A stretch of DNA of 64,000 nucleotides from contig CAWIUD010000009.1 of NCBI GenBank assembly GCA_963839185.1, forward strand, positions 16,617 to 80,616. The letters are read 5' to 3'. Below the pieces are notes generated by a model. The model was not told the origin of the DNA. It saw nothing but the letters and a program-made list of their open reading frames with translations, and did not search any database. The position numbers and the translations under genes are program-made. This DNA is from an uncultured Alphaproteobacteria bacterium (GTDB lineage: Bacteria; Pseudomonadota; Alphaproteobacteria; Rhizobiales; Beijerinckiaceae). Shown one piece after another: positions 22,934 through 33,254 of the stretch (position 1 is the stretch's first letter; each line of letters begins with the position of its first letter).

Positions 22934-23407
22934 TCACCAGCGGTCGGATAGCGGCGCAGAATCGAAGAGTTCGGCCAATCTTGCGCGCGTGCCCAAACTC
23001 GTTTCTGGCGGCAGCGCCGAGCGCGGGAAGAAGCGCGCTTCCTCGATCTCCCGGTCAGGGGCGCGTTCCCCAAGGACCGAAAAGGCGCGCGCGACATAGA
23101 CGACCACGTGGTCGCGCCGCGAGGCGCGGGCGTTGAAGAAGACGCCATGCAACAGCGGCCGCCCTTCGAGCGCCACGTTCGCTTCCTCCTTCAATTCGCG
23201 CGCCATGGCCTCCTCGCAGGTCTCGCCGACCTCAACGCCCCCGCCCGGGAAGTGCCAGCCGGAGATATAGGTGTGTCGCACAAGGAGAACACGGTCCTCG
23301 CCGTCAATCACCGCCGCGCGCACGCCAAGCGTCAGGGGCCGGGCGAGCAGAAAGCTCAAGTGAGCGAGGCGCGACACCAGCCTGTCGCGAAACGGCGCCG
23401 CCTTCAT
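22934..23407 (-). CDS. NUDIX hydrolase
   Basis: Nudix box GGGVEVGETCEEAMARELKEEAN. Confidence 0.92.
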   Translation of the reverse strand: MKAAPFRDRLVSRLAHLSFLLARPLTLGVRAAVIDGEDRVLLVRHTYISGWHFPGGGVEVGETCEEAMARELKEEANVALEGRPLLHGVFFNARASRRDHVVVYVARAFSVLGERAPDREIEEARFFPRSALPPETSLGTRARLAELFDSAPLSDRW

Positions 23408-23517
23408 TGATCTCCTCCGGGCCTGATCACTGAACCTTGCGTTGTGTTTCGGCGCAAGCAACTCTATTGCCTCCCGGTTGATGGCGGCATCACGCCCCGC
23501 CTAATGAGGCGCACGCG

Positions 23518-24424
23518 ATGAGTTTCACGATCGCCCATATCAGCGACCCGCATTTGAGCCCCGCGCCCATGCCGGGCCTGGCCGATCTGCGACTCAAGCG
23601 GGTCATGGGCTTCATCAACTGGAAGCGAGGGCGCGCGCGGCTCAACGACATGGGCATGCTCGCGCGGCTGGTCGCGGATCTGCGGGCGCAGCGGCCGGAC
23701 CACGTCGCCGTCACCGGCGATCTCGTCAATATCGGGATGGCCTCCGAGTTTCATCGGGCTGCGTTATGGCTGGAGACGTTCGGCGACCCTTCGGAGGTCA
23801 GTTTCGTTCCCGGCAATCACGACGCCTATGTACGCGCCGCCATGCCGCTGCTCGAGTCGACGTTCGCGCCGTGGACGACGGGCGACAACGCCGCGCAGCG
23901 CCTCCATCTACCCCTATCTCCGCGTGCGGGGAGAGGTCGCGATCATCGGCCTCAGTTCGGGCGTGCCGACCGGCCCGCTGATGGCGACGGGGAGGCTCGG
24001 CCGGACCCAGCTCCGGGCCTTCGCCGACGTTCTCGCGGAGACTGGCGCGAGAGGGCTGGCGCGCGTCGTCCTCATTCACCATCCGCCGTTGTCGAAGGGC
24101 GCGCCGCGGCTGCGCGGCCTTTCCGACGCGGTCGATTTCGAGGCGATCGTTCGCGATCGCGGCGCCGAGGCGATCCTGCATGGCCACACCCACCGAAGGC
24201 TCGTCCGCACATTGCCGTCCCGCGCCGCACACACCGAGGATGGAACAGTTCCGGTCATCGGCGCGCCCTCGGCGGCGGCCGCCGCGCGCGACCCGCGCTT
24301 TCGCGCCGCCTACCATCTCGTACGGCTCGACCGCGAGGGCAAGCGATGGCGGGTCAGCGTCCGCGCCCGGGGCCTTGCGCCGGAAAGCGGGGCGATCGGG
24401 GAGCGGGAGGCGCTGGCGGTCTGA
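23518..24424 (+). CDS. Metallophosphoesterase; frameshift near 23895
   Basis: HISDPH, TGDLVN, PGNHD, IHHPP, LHGHTH. Confidence 0.9.
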
Positions 24425-25095
24425 GCGCGCCCGGCGGGCGCGAAGCGGCTCTCCCCGAAGTGCGTTCGCTTCACGCAACTCAATTCTTTCAGTCCTTTGG
24501 ACGCCTTTTTCCGACCTCACGTAACGTCTCGCGACCGCCAGGATAAACACAATATTAGATTGTTATAATCGAAAGAGGCTTTGAGACATTGGGACTTCCT
24601 GATCGACCCGTGACGCTGGAGATCGAGCTTTCGCCGGCTTTCCCGCCAAAGGGCTGGCCGCGCCCCCGGCTCCACCAGCTTCCGCGGAAAGCGGACGAGG
24701 CCCAAGCGACGCGCGAGTCCGGTCTCGACATAAAGCGCCCCGTTGTGGATCGCGGCCTTGGAACGCCTCAATTGGGCGGAGGGAGCGCTTACAGGGGCTG
24801 CATCGGGAAGGACCGGAGTCCGCGCCTTGGCCCTCGATCCGTTGCGAGCGCGGCAGCCGCTTCGCCGGCCATAGCCGAAGCTCCGTTCCGCCTGCTGAGC
24901 AGCTGTCCGAACGAGAAGCAGCGATCGCTACGGCTTATCCCAGCAGTCCATAGGGTCCTGCCCTGATGACCCACGACGGCCCCGGCGTACCGCCATGAAG
25001 CGCAGCGAGCCCGAAGGCAAAGCCCATCCGGTTTGGCGCCCTCGACAGGCTGCGTCGGCTGCGCGATAGTCTCCTTTCATTTCGGGGTTCTACCC

Positions 25096-28000
25096 ATGGA
25101 CGTGGGAGACTGGCTCCGTAGCCTCGGCCTTGGCCAATACGAGGCGGTCTTTCGCGAAAGCGAAATCGACCCGGAAGTTTTGCCTGAATTGACCGACGCG
25201 GATCTCGAAAAACTCCGCGTGCCGCTTGGCCATCGCAAACGTCTTCTCAAAGCGATATCAAATCTCGCTTCGCCCGGGCAACCGACGCCGCCCCCGCGGC
25301 TCGCGCCGGTCTTATCGGAAACCGATACGGCAGAGCGACGCCAACTGACCGTTATGTTCTGCGACCTCGTCGGTTCGACCGCGCTTTCAGCGAAGCTAGA
25401 CCCAGAAGACTTGCACGGCGTGATTGGCGCGTACCATCGTTGCTGCAGCGGGCTGGTCGAGCGCAACGGCGGGTTCGTCGCGAAATATATGGGCGACGGC
25501 GTGCTCGCCTATTTTGGATATCCTGAAGCGCACGAGGACGACCCCGAGCGCGCCATTCGAGCCGGACTTGCTGTCGTCGAGGCGGCGCCGAAACTTGTCA
25601 CCGCGGCCGGTTCGGCCCTGCATGTTCGCGTCGGGATTGCGACGGGTCTGGTCGTCGTCGGCGATCTTGTCGGCTTGGGCGAGTCGCAGGAGCGAGGCGT
25701 CGTCGGCGAGACGCCAAACCTTGCCGCGCGCCTGCAAGGGATAGCGGAGCCGGATGGGGTCATCATCGCCGATGGAACGCGAAGGCTCCTCGGCGATCTC
25801 TACGAGCTCACGGATCTCGGGCTGAAGGACCTCAAGGGGGTCGCCAAGCCCGTGCGCGCCTGGGCCGCGCTGCGCCAGAGTTCTGTCGAAAGCCGCTTCG
25901 AGGCGCTCCACCCGAGCGGCTTGACCGCACTGGTTGGGCGGGAAGAGGAAAACGAGTTGCTTTTGCGGCGCTGGAGGAGAGCGAAAGCCGGCGAGGGGCA
26001 GGTCGTGCTGCTGTCGGGCGAGCCAGGTATCGGCAAGTCCCGCCTGACCGCCGCTCTTGAGGAGCACGTGCGCGACGAGCCGCACACGCGGCTGCGACAT
26101 TTCTGCTCGCTGCAGCATCGCGACAGTGCGCTCTATCCGTTCATCGCCCGGCTTGAGCGCGCCGCCAGTTTCGAGCGCGAGGATGACGTGGCGGCCCGGC
26201 TCGACAAGCTTTCAGCGCTGTTGGAAAAATCGGGCGAAGTGAATGGTGAACACGCCGGGCTCTTCGCCGCTCTTTTGGGCCTCGCGCCCGATGGTCGCTA
26301 TCCTGCGCCGCCTGAAGATCCGCAACGGCGACGCGAAATGACGCTCGCAGCGCTGCTCGAAGAGCTCGCCATGTTGTCACGGCGGCGACCGGCGCTACTG
26401 ATCTTCGAAGACGCGCAGTGGGCGGATTCGACTTCGCTCGAACTCCTCGATCGCATGGCTGAGCTTGCCCCACGCCTGCCGGTGCTGATGATTGTGGCGT
26501 TCCGGCCGGAGTTCTCGCTACCTTGGCTGGGACAAGCGCATGTCACGCTGCTGTCGTTGAACCGGTTGGCGCAACGCGAAACGGCCGCGCTCGTCCGGAC
26601 CGTGACAGGCGGCAAAAACTTGCCGCCGGAAATCCTCGACCGCATCATTCAGCATACCGATGGCGTTCCGTTGTTCATCGAGGAACTGACCAAAGATCTG
26701 CTGGAAGGGGGACTTTTGCGCGAGCAAGCGGGCGGTTACGCGCTTGCCATCCCATCAAGTTTGCAAGACGCGCTGATGGCGCGGCTCGACCGGCTTTCCG
26801 GCGCAAAGGCGGTAGCGCAGACCGCGGCCGTAATCGGTCGAGAATTTTCATACGAGCTTCTGCGAGCCGTGAGCTCGATTTCCGAGGGCGAGCTCTGTAG
26901 CGCGCTGCGGCGGCTTGCCGAATCCGAGCTGATCTTCCAGCGCGGCGACCCGCCTCAAGCACGTTATACATTCAAGCACGCGCTGGTTCAGGACGCTGCC
27001 TACCACTCGCTGCTGAAAGCGAATCGAAGCGTCCAGCACCGCCGGGTAGCCGAAGCGCTCGAGAAGCAGTTTACCGAGACAGTCGAGAAACAGCCCGAAC
27101 TGCTCGCTTACCACTACACAGAGGCTGCCCTCGTTGAGCCGGCCATAACGTACTGGCGAAAGGCCGGCCAGCGGTCAGTGAGACGCGCGGCCAACATCGA
27201 GGCGATTGATCATTTGCGGCGCGGCTTGGCGATGCTGGACGTCCTGTCCGACCGCGCGGCGCACGCCGACGAGGAGCTGACCATACTGCTCGCGCTTGGG
27301 CCGGCGCTGATGTCGACAAGGACGTCGACCGCGCCCGAGATACAGGAGGTCTATGGTCGCGCGCGCCAAATCGCGCACGACACCGGAAAGGACAGAGAAT
27401 TGTTCGCGACCGTCTTTGGAGCTTGGATGGTTGCGTACTCAGGTGGAAATTATGAAGCGGCGCGAAGCTATACGTCGGAGCTGATGAGCATCGCGCAAAC
27501 TCAAAGCGATCGAGGTTATCTGCTCCAGGCGCATCACTGCGCGTGGCCAATGGAACTCTATATCGGCAACTTCGAGGCGGCGCATAGGCACGTCCGGACA
27601 GGCCTCGCGCTCTATGACAAAGAGGCGCACCGCGATCATGCTGTTCTCTATGGAGGCCACGATCCCGAGCCTTGCGGCTATGTTTTCGACGCGCTTGCTT
27701 TGCAGGCGCTCGGCAGGGCAGACAGCTCGCTGGCGCAGCTTGAGAAGGGGCTCGCACGAGCGCGCGAACGGGCGCACCCGCCGACCCTGATCCACGTCTT
27801 CGGGACTTGCGGGGACTTGTATTTTCTGCGGCGCGAACCAGCGCGAATCATGTCGCTCGCCGCCGAGTGGTCCTCGTTGACCTCAGGCTTCGGCTCCGCG
27901 GTCGGGGTCGCCAATGCGATGATGGCCCGTGGCTGGGCGACAACGCTGCTGGGAGACTACGAGACGGGCCTCGCTGAGCTGCGCGATGGACTCGACCAGT

Positions 28001-28428
28001 GGCGCGCGACCGGCTCGAAAGCTTGGGGCCCCAATCGCCTCGGGCGGGCAGTCGCCGCCTTCATCCAAGCAGGCAAGGTCGACGAGGGCGTCGCTGTTCT
28101 CGCCGAGGCTATCCACGCTATGGAAAGCACCGGCCAGCGCTGGTACGAGGCGGAGTTGCATCGCTTACAGGGGCTGCTGGCGGCGAGTTCGCGAGCTCGA
28201 TCGGCCGAGGCCGAGGCTTGCTTTGAGAAAGCGATCGATGTCGCTCGCTCGCAGGAAGCACGCTTATTCGAACTGCGGGCCGCAATGGCCTTAAGCCAGC
28301 TGCAATGCGGCCCGGAGCAGCGCAGGCGGCGCACGGTGCTGCTCGGTTCAATCTATGGCCGCTTCGTTGAAGGGTTCGATACGCCCGATCTCGAGGAGGC
28401 GAGGACGCTGCTCGGCGAAGCGGCGTGA
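25096..28428 (+). CDS. SAM + class III adenylate/guanylate cyclase + AAA ATPase + TPR-like protein
   Basis: SAM (WLRSLGLGQYE, LGHRKRLL), cyclase (MFCDLVGST, KYMGDG, GETPNLAARLQ), P-loop GEPGIGKS, FEDAQWAD, helical C-terminus (WYEAELHRL, FELRAA). Confidence 0.93.
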   Translation: MDVGDWLRSLGLGQYEAVFRESEIDPEVLPELTDADLEKLRVPLGHRKRLLKAISNLASPGQPTPPPRLAPVLSETDTAERRQLTVMFCDLVGSTALSAKLDPEDLHGVIGAYHRCCSGLVERNGGFVAKYMGDGVLAYFGYPEAHEDDPERAIRAGLAVVEAAPKLVTAAGSALHVRVGIATGLVVVGDLVGLGESQERGVVGETPNLAARLQGIAEPDGVIIADGTRRLLGDLYELTDLGLKDLKGVAKPVRAWAALRQSSVESRFEALHPSGLTALVGREEENELLLRRWRRAKAGEGQVVLLSGEPGIGKSRLTAALEEHVRDEPHTRLRHFCSLQHRDSALYPFIARLERAASFEREDDVAARLDKLSALLEKSGEVNGEHAGLFAALLGLAPDGRYPAPPEDPQRRREMTLAALLEELAMLSRRRPALLIFEDAQWADSTSLELLDRMAELAPRLPVLMIVAFRPEFSLPWLGQAHVTLLSLNRLAQRETAALVRTVTGGKNLPPEILDRIIQHTDGVPLFIEELTKDLLEGGLLREQAGGYALAIPSSLQDALMARLDRLSGAKAVAQTAAVIGREFSYELLRAVSSISEGELCSALRRLAESELIFQRGDPPQARYTFKHALVQDAAYHSLLKANRSVQHRRVAEALEKQFTETVEKQPELLAYHYTEAALVEPAITYWRKAGQRSVRRAANIEAIDHLRRGLAMLDVLSDRAAHADEELTILLALGPALMSTRTSTAPEIQEVYGRARQIAHDTGKDRELFATVFGAWMVAYSGGNYEAARSYTSELMSIAQTQSDRGYLLQAHHCAWPMELYIGNFEAAHRHVRTGLALYDKEAHRDHAVLYGGHDPEPCGYVFDALALQALGRADSSLAQLEKGLARARERAHPPTLIHVFGTCGDLYFLRREPARIMSLAAEWSSLTSGFGSAVGVANAMMARGWATTLLGDYETGLAELRDGLDQWRATGSKAWGPNRLGRAVAAFIQAGKVDEGVAVLAEAIHAMESTGQRWYEAELHRLQGLLAASSRARSAEAEACFEKAIDVARSQEARLFELRAAMALSQLQCGPEQRRRRTVLLGSIYGRFVEGFDTPDLEEARTLLGEAA

Positions 28429-28502
28429 GGTAGTGGTTCGCGGCGCTCCGAGGGCGGGTTAGAGCCGCCTTCGGCGCCAGCGTAAAGAAGCGGGAGGACA
28501 AC

Positions 28503-28910
28503 ATGCGCGAATTTGTTGGCGGGTGTCTATGCGGGAAGGTCAGGTATTCTGCGACGGCGGATCCCGCCGTTATCGCGGTGTGTCATTGCAAGAACTGCCA
28601 GAGGCAGTCGGGAACGGCGTTCGGCACCGTCGTCGGCGTGCCTAGGGGAACGCTTAGCCTCACTGGAACGCTCAGGACCTTCGAAGACATTTCCGAGACC
28701 GGGAACGCCATGCACCGGCGGTTTTGTCCGAATTGCGGCTCTCGGGTCACCACTGATGCGGACAGCATACCCAATTTGACGTTCGTCATGGCTGGCACGC
28801 TGGATGATACGAGCTGGGTTGATCCCACGGTGCAGTTCTGGTGCTCGAGCGCGCAACCTTGGGTGAGCCTGCCAGAAAAGATCCAACCGCTTCAAAAAAT
28901 GTCAGAATAA
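28503..28910 (+). CDS. GFA (CENP-V) family protein
   Basis: GGCLCGKVRY, CHCKNCQR, RRFCPNCGS. Confidence 0.92.
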   Translation: MREFVGGCLCGKVRYSATADPAVIAVCHCKNCQRQSGTAFGTVVGVPRGTLSLTGTLRTFEDISETGNAMHRRFCPNCGSRVTTDADSIPNLTFVMAGTLDDTSWVDPTVQFWCSSAQPWVSLPEKIQPLQKMSE

Positions 28911-29331
28911 GCAAGCTCCGAACAGGAGGCTATGGGAGGAGCTCCATAAGTTTTGGCCCAGCCCCTCGTGAAGGGGAGGATGAGGCTTAGCGCGGATCGG
29001 CCTGCGCTAGGGAATGACCGTTGCTGGCGCAACTGTTGCGTTTCGCCTACGTCCGCAATCTGGCGCGCACCGCCATTTCATAAGACGAACCGGGAAGGGG
29101 CGTTCCGGGTCGACTTTACCCAGTCGCCGCGGCGACTGGGAATGTACGCTCCTTGCGCTCAGCGGCCGTCCCCACGCAATGATTAGGCGGCGGCATCGGG
29201 GCGAAAGCCGAAATTCAGACGTCCCCGCCATCCGCGCCGGCTCCTCATTGACTGGCGAGCCATGCTAAGCGGAGGACGGCGCGACCCCCATTCGGATCGC
29301 ACTGTTCCAGGCCCGAGGAGAAGCGACCGAG

Positions 29332-29448
29332 CTTGAGTTCGTCGCCAGCGACGTCAAGGGCGGGTTGATCCCCAGTTCCGGCCATTGGATCATGGAGGAA
29401 AACCCGGCCGCGACGACTCAGATGATCGTCGATTTCCTCAGCAAGTAA
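29332..29448 (+). pseudogene. C-terminal remnant of an alpha/beta hydrolase
   Basis: Manual translation LEFVASDVKGGLIPSSGHWIMEENPAATTQMIVDFLSK*; no matching N-terminal part upstream. Confidence 0.6.
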
Positions 29449-29501
29449 CTTGGCCCCACACGTCGACGGCCACGAGCCGCGACGCCTCAAAAGGATTGAG
29501 C

Positions 29502-30206
29502 ATGACCGATCTCTCCGCCTTTCCCATCACGAAGCGCTGGCCCGCGGCGCATCCCGACCGGCTGCAGCTTTACTCGCTGCCCACGCCGAACGGGGTGAAG
29601 GTTTCGATCATGCTCGAGGAGATCGGTGTGCCTTACGAGCCGCATCTCGTCGATTTCGGCGCGGGCGACCAGAAGACGCCCGAATTCCTGTCGCTCAACC
29701 CTTACGGCAAAATTCCGGCGATCATCGACCCTGCGGGACCGGGCGGAAAGCCTCTGCCGCTGTTCGAATCCGGCGCGATCCTCGTCTATCTCGCGGAGAA
29801 ATCGGGCAAGCTTTTGCCCGCCGACCCGGCCCTCCGCTACGAGACGCTGCAGTGGCTCTTTTTCCAGATGGCCGCCTTGGGGCCGATGTTTGGGCAGGTC
29901 GGCTTCTTCCACAAATTCGCCGGCCGCGAGTTCGAGGACAAGCGTCCGCTTCACCGCTATCGCGACGAAGCCAAACGCGTGCTCGGCGTCCTCGAAGGGC
30001 GGCTCGCGGACCGGACCTGGATCATGGGCGACGACTACACGATCGCCGACATTTCCATGCTCGGCTGGGTGCGCAATCTTGTCGGCTTCTACGACGCAGG
30101 CGACCTTGTGGCGTTTCACGAGTTGAAGCACACGCCCGCGTGGCTGGAGCGCGGCCTCGCGCGACCGGCCGTTCAGCGGGGGTTGGTCATACCGGCGCGG
30201 GGATGA
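29502..30206 (+). CDS. Glutathione S-transferase (YfcG/YghU-like)
   Basis: LYSLPTPNGVKV, LNPYGKIPAI, FESGAIL, YTIADI. Confidence 0.93.
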   Translation: MTDLSAFPITKRWPAAHPDRLQLYSLPTPNGVKVSIMLEEIGVPYEPHLVDFGAGDQKTPEFLSLNPYGKIPAIIDPAGPGGKPLPLFESGAILVYLAEKSGKLLPADPALRYETLQWLFFQMAALGPMFGQVGFFHKFAGREFEDKRPLHRYRDEAKRVLGVLEGRLADRTWIMGDDYTIADISMLGWVRNLVGFYDAGDLVAFHELKHTPAWLERGLARPAVQRGLVIPARG

Positions 30207-31422
30207 CCAAGCCGCCGGCCTTGGCGGTCGCCGGGCTTTCCATGGCGGCCTGGCCGGCTCCCAATGTCCAACCTCCCTCGAGGTCGAGGTTGTGAATTCC
30301 GACGTCTCGAATGTCGCGTTCGCCGCAGAGCGCCATCGTGATATCAAGCTCCCGGCGCAGAATATCGAGAACGCGGGTCACGCCGGCTTCTCCGCCGGCG
30401 CCGAGTCCCCAGAGAAACGCCCTGCCGATGAAAACGGAGCGGGCGCCGAGGGCTATCGCCTTGAACACATCCTGGCCCGAATAGACTCCCCCGTCGACAA
30501 AGACCTCAGTCTTGTCGCCGACCGCGTCGACAATCGCGGGAAGCGCGCTGATCGATGAGCGGGCGCCGTCGAGCTGGCGTCCCCCGTGGTTCGAAACGAT
30601 GATTCCGTCCGCTCCGTGCGCCAGCGCCAGTCTCGCATCCTCGGGATCGAGCACGCCTTTGACGATCACCCGTCCGCCGAATCTGCTCTTGACCCACGCC
30701 ACGTCCTTCCAGTTGAGCGAAAGATCGAATTGATTCGCCGTCCACTGCGACAGGCTGGCGAGGTCGCCCTTGTTATCGACATGTCCGACGATGTTGCCGA
30801 AGCTCCGCCGGTTGGTTCCCAGCATCCCCAGCGCCCACTCCGGCTTGCGGGCAATCTCGAAGATGAACCGGGGGGTGATTTTCGGCGGCGCCGACAGGCC
30901 GTTGCGAATGTCCTTGTGGCGCTGTCCGAGAATCTGCAGGTCCATCGTCAGCACGAGGACCGGGCATTTTGCCGCTTTGGCGCGGTCGATCAGTCTCTCG
31001 ATGAATTGACGATCTTTCATCACATAGAGCTGAAACCAGAATGGCTGGTCGGTGTTCGCCGCGACATCCTCGATCGAGCAGATCGACATCGTCGAGAGCG
31101 TGAACGGCGCCCCGGCCTTTCCCGCGGCTCTCGCGGCCTTGATCTCGCCGTCGGCGCATTGCATTCCGGTCAGGCCGGTCGGCGCGAGCGCGATCGGCAT
31201 GGCGACCTCGCGCCCGGCGATCGTGGTCGCCAGGCTTCGATCCTCGAGCGACCTGGCGATGCGCTGCCGGAGCAATATTTTCGCAAAGTCGGAATGATTC
31301 GCTCGATAGGTCAATTCCGTCCAGGACCCCGAGTCGGCGTAGTCAAAAAACTGCTTTGGAACGCGCCGGCGTGCGAGCGTTTTCATTTCCGCGACGGTCA
31401 GCACATTATCCAGTCGAGACAT
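30187..31422 (-). CDS. lldD: FMN-dependent alpha-hydroxy-acid oxidase / L-lactate dehydrogenase
   Basis: FFDYADSGSW, WFQLYV, IVSNHGGRQLDG, FIGRAFLWGL. Confidence 0.88.
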   Translation of the reverse strand: MSRLDNVLTVAEMKTLARRRVPKQFFDYADSGSWTELTYRANHSDFAKILLRQRIARSLEDRSLATTIAGREVAMPIALAPTGLTGMQCADGEIKAARAAGKAGAPFTLSTMSICSIEDVAANTDQPFWFQLYVMKDRQFIERLIDRAKAAKCPVLVLTMDLQILGQRHKDIRNGLSAPPKITPRFIFEIARKPEWALGMLGTNRRSFGNIVGHVDNKGDLASLSQWTANQFDLSLNWKDVAWVKSRFGGRVIVKGVLDPEDARLALAHGADGIIVSNHGGRQLDGARSSISALPAIVDAVGDKTEVFVDGGVYSGQDVFKAIALGARSVFIGRAFLWGLGAGGEAGVTRVLDILRRELDITMALCGERDIRDVGIHNLDLEGGWTLGAGQAAMESPATAKAGGLVIPAPV

Positions 31423-31431
31423 TGTCCGGGC

Positions 31432-31722
31432 TCACGCTAGCGAATGCACGATCACCGGTCCGGCGGTCGCGGTTGCGGCGCCGGCGACCAGCGGGCCGAG
31501 GTTGTCGTCGATCCAGGCGAGCGCCCGCCGATTGGATTCTTGCGCCTCAGCGACGGTGTTGAAGATGCTGATCGCAGTCACCGTGTCGTCCGGCGCATAG
31601 ACGACATAATAGCCCATGAAGCCGGAAACCTCGCTGATGATCGGGACCAGGCCTTTGATCCGTTCGGCGAGTGCGTCCGCCGTGCCGGGCTTGGCTTTGA
31701 CCTGACGAATTGCGGCGTACAT
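31432..31722 (-). CDS. ABM (antibiotic biosynthesis monooxygenase)-like small protein
   Basis: MYAAIRQ...VPIISEVSGFMGYYVV...SISIF-type ferredoxin-fold pattern; GGAGG RBS. Confidence 0.65.
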   Translation of the reverse strand: MYAAIRQVKAKPGTADALAERIKGLVPIISEVSGFMGYYVVYAPDDTVTAISIFNTVAEAQESNRRALAWIDDNLGPLVAGAATATAGPVIVHSLA

Positions 31723-31764
31723 GGCGTCCTCCCAGACTGCGACGGCGTTCCGTTCGCAGAAAAT

Positions 31765-33138
31765 TCAAGCGTTCGACATCGATGCTCCGGGAAGGGCCGA
31801 GCGCAGCCGCGAGACGCTGCCGGGCGCAAGCTTCTTCACCGCCGCCGAGGCGGCGATCTGTCCGCGGTTGACGAAGGCCTCGTGATTGCGCTCGATCTCA
31901 TTGAGGTCGTAGAGATAATTGACCATGATCCCGTAGGAAGCGGCGAGGCCCTTCGGCGACAGGTCGCCCGCCCAGTCGATGCGTTCGAGCCGGGCGCCGT
32001 TGCCGAGATGGAATCGGGCGACCGAGTTCAGTACCCGTCCGTCCGGACGGCGCGCCTTGAGGAGATAATGGGCGGCGAGCGGCTCCAAGGCGGCGCGAAG
32101 CTGCGCGGCGACGCCGCGCGCCGACGGCCAATTCTCCTCGCCCGCCAAATCGAGCGCGGCAGCCTTCAGCGTCGCGATCGCCGGGTCCTCGGAAGCCTCA
32201 AGCCAGGCGCGAAATCCAGGAACAGGCGAAAGGGTGATGAAGGTCTCGATGCGCGGCGAGTCGCGGCGAATCTCCTCCACGACCTGCTTGATGAGGAAAT
32301 TGCCGAAATTGACCCCGGCGAGGCCCTGCTGGCAATTCGAGATCGAATAGAACGTGGCGACGCGCGCCTTGTCCTGCGACAGCTCCGCGCGCTTGTCGGC
32401 GAGGAGCGGCGCGATCGCGCCGGGGATCGCCGCGGTCAGCGCGACTTCGACAAAGATGAGCGGCTCGTCGACCAGCGCGGGGTGAAAAAACGCGTAGCAC
32501 CGGCGGTCCGCCGGATCGATGCGCCGCCGCAATTCGTCCCAGTCGCCGATCTCGTGCACCGCCTCGTAGCGGATGATTTTCTCGAGCACCGTCGCCGGCG
32601 AAGACCAGTCAATCCGGCGCAGGACGAGAAAGCCGCGATTGAACCACGAATTGAAGAGATGCAGGAAATCGCGGTCTACGACGGCAAGCGACGGATTCTG
32701 GTTCACGAGCGCGAGCAGGTCGGCGCGCATCTCCACCAGCGCGGCGGTCCCTCCCGGGGCGCGATTGAGCCGGCGGATCAACTCCTGGCGGCGCGGCTCG
32801 GATGCGTAGTGAACCTCGCTCGCCGCGACCTCGTCGTCGCCGGTCCCGAATTTCGCCACGGCGCTCAGCACCCGTTCGCGATCGGCCCCGAATTCGTCGG
32901 CAAACGCGCGAAAAAGCGCCGCCTGATCGGAACCGTCGAGCGTTCGGTAGCGGTGCAGAATTTCGCCGGCGATCGCCACCCCTGACGCTTCGCCGCGGAT
33001 TGTCAGGAGCGCCCGGCACATTTCGGCGAGCGGCTCAGCGCGGCTTTCCGCATCCTTGGGCCAAGGCTTGATCTTGAGGACAGAGCGCCCGCGGTCGGCG
33101 ATCGAAGCCAGAAGATCGGAGAAAAAGGCGTTGGTCAT
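31765..33138 (-). CDS. Malonyl-CoA decarboxylase
   Basis: SWFNRGFL, YEAVHEI, DRRCYAFFHP, FYSISNCQQGLAGVNFGNFLIK, TLSPVPGF, VARFHLGNGA. Confidence 0.95.
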   Translation of the reverse strand: MTNAFFSDLLASIADRGRSVLKIKPWPKDAESRAEPLAEMCRALLTIRGEASGVAIAGEILHRYRTLDGSDQAALFRAFADEFGADRERVLSAVAKFGTGDDEVAASEVHYASEPRRQELIRRLNRAPGGTAALVEMRADLLALVNQNPSLAVVDRDFLHLFNSWFNRGFLVLRRIDWSSPATVLEKIIRYEAVHEIGDWDELRRRIDPADRRCYAFFHPALVDEPLIFVEVALTAAIPGAIAPLLADKRAELSQDKARVATFYSISNCQQGLAGVNFGNFLIKQVVEEIRRDSPRIETFITLSPVPGFRAWLEASEDPAIATLKAAALDLAGEENWPSARGVAAQLRAALEPLAAHYLLKARRPDGRVLNSVARFHLGNGARLERIDWAGDLSPKGLAASYGIMVNYLYDLNEIERNHEAFVNRGQIAASAAVKKLAPGSVSRLRSALPGASMSNA

Positions 33139-33254
33139 CCGATCCCTCAGCCTCTCGCGCGCTTAGGCGGTCAGTCGAAACGCGATTGTCACGCCTGAGC
33201 GGCAGGGAATCAAGCCCGCGCGCGACACGCCCGGGTTCTGCGCGAGGTTTCTCG

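Noticed and set aside
24589-24966. 125-aa ORF in the spacer before the cyclase
   Set aside because: No motif, atypical composition and no clear RBS.
25096-28428. Cyclase-ATPase-TPR protein as an Avs/Pycsar-type defence system
   Set aside because: Matches the common SAM-cyclase signalling architecture; no effector gene adjacent.
30187-30206. 20-bp convergent overlap between GST and lldD
   Set aside because: Short tail overlaps are common, and the lldD extension may reflect a lost stop.
31444-32985. Long ORFs such as 31444..32985, 58574..60385 (5' part), 41628..43085, 40236..41537 and 13188..14279
   Set aside because: Antisense or alternate-frame shadows of recognisable genes, expected in high-GC DNA.
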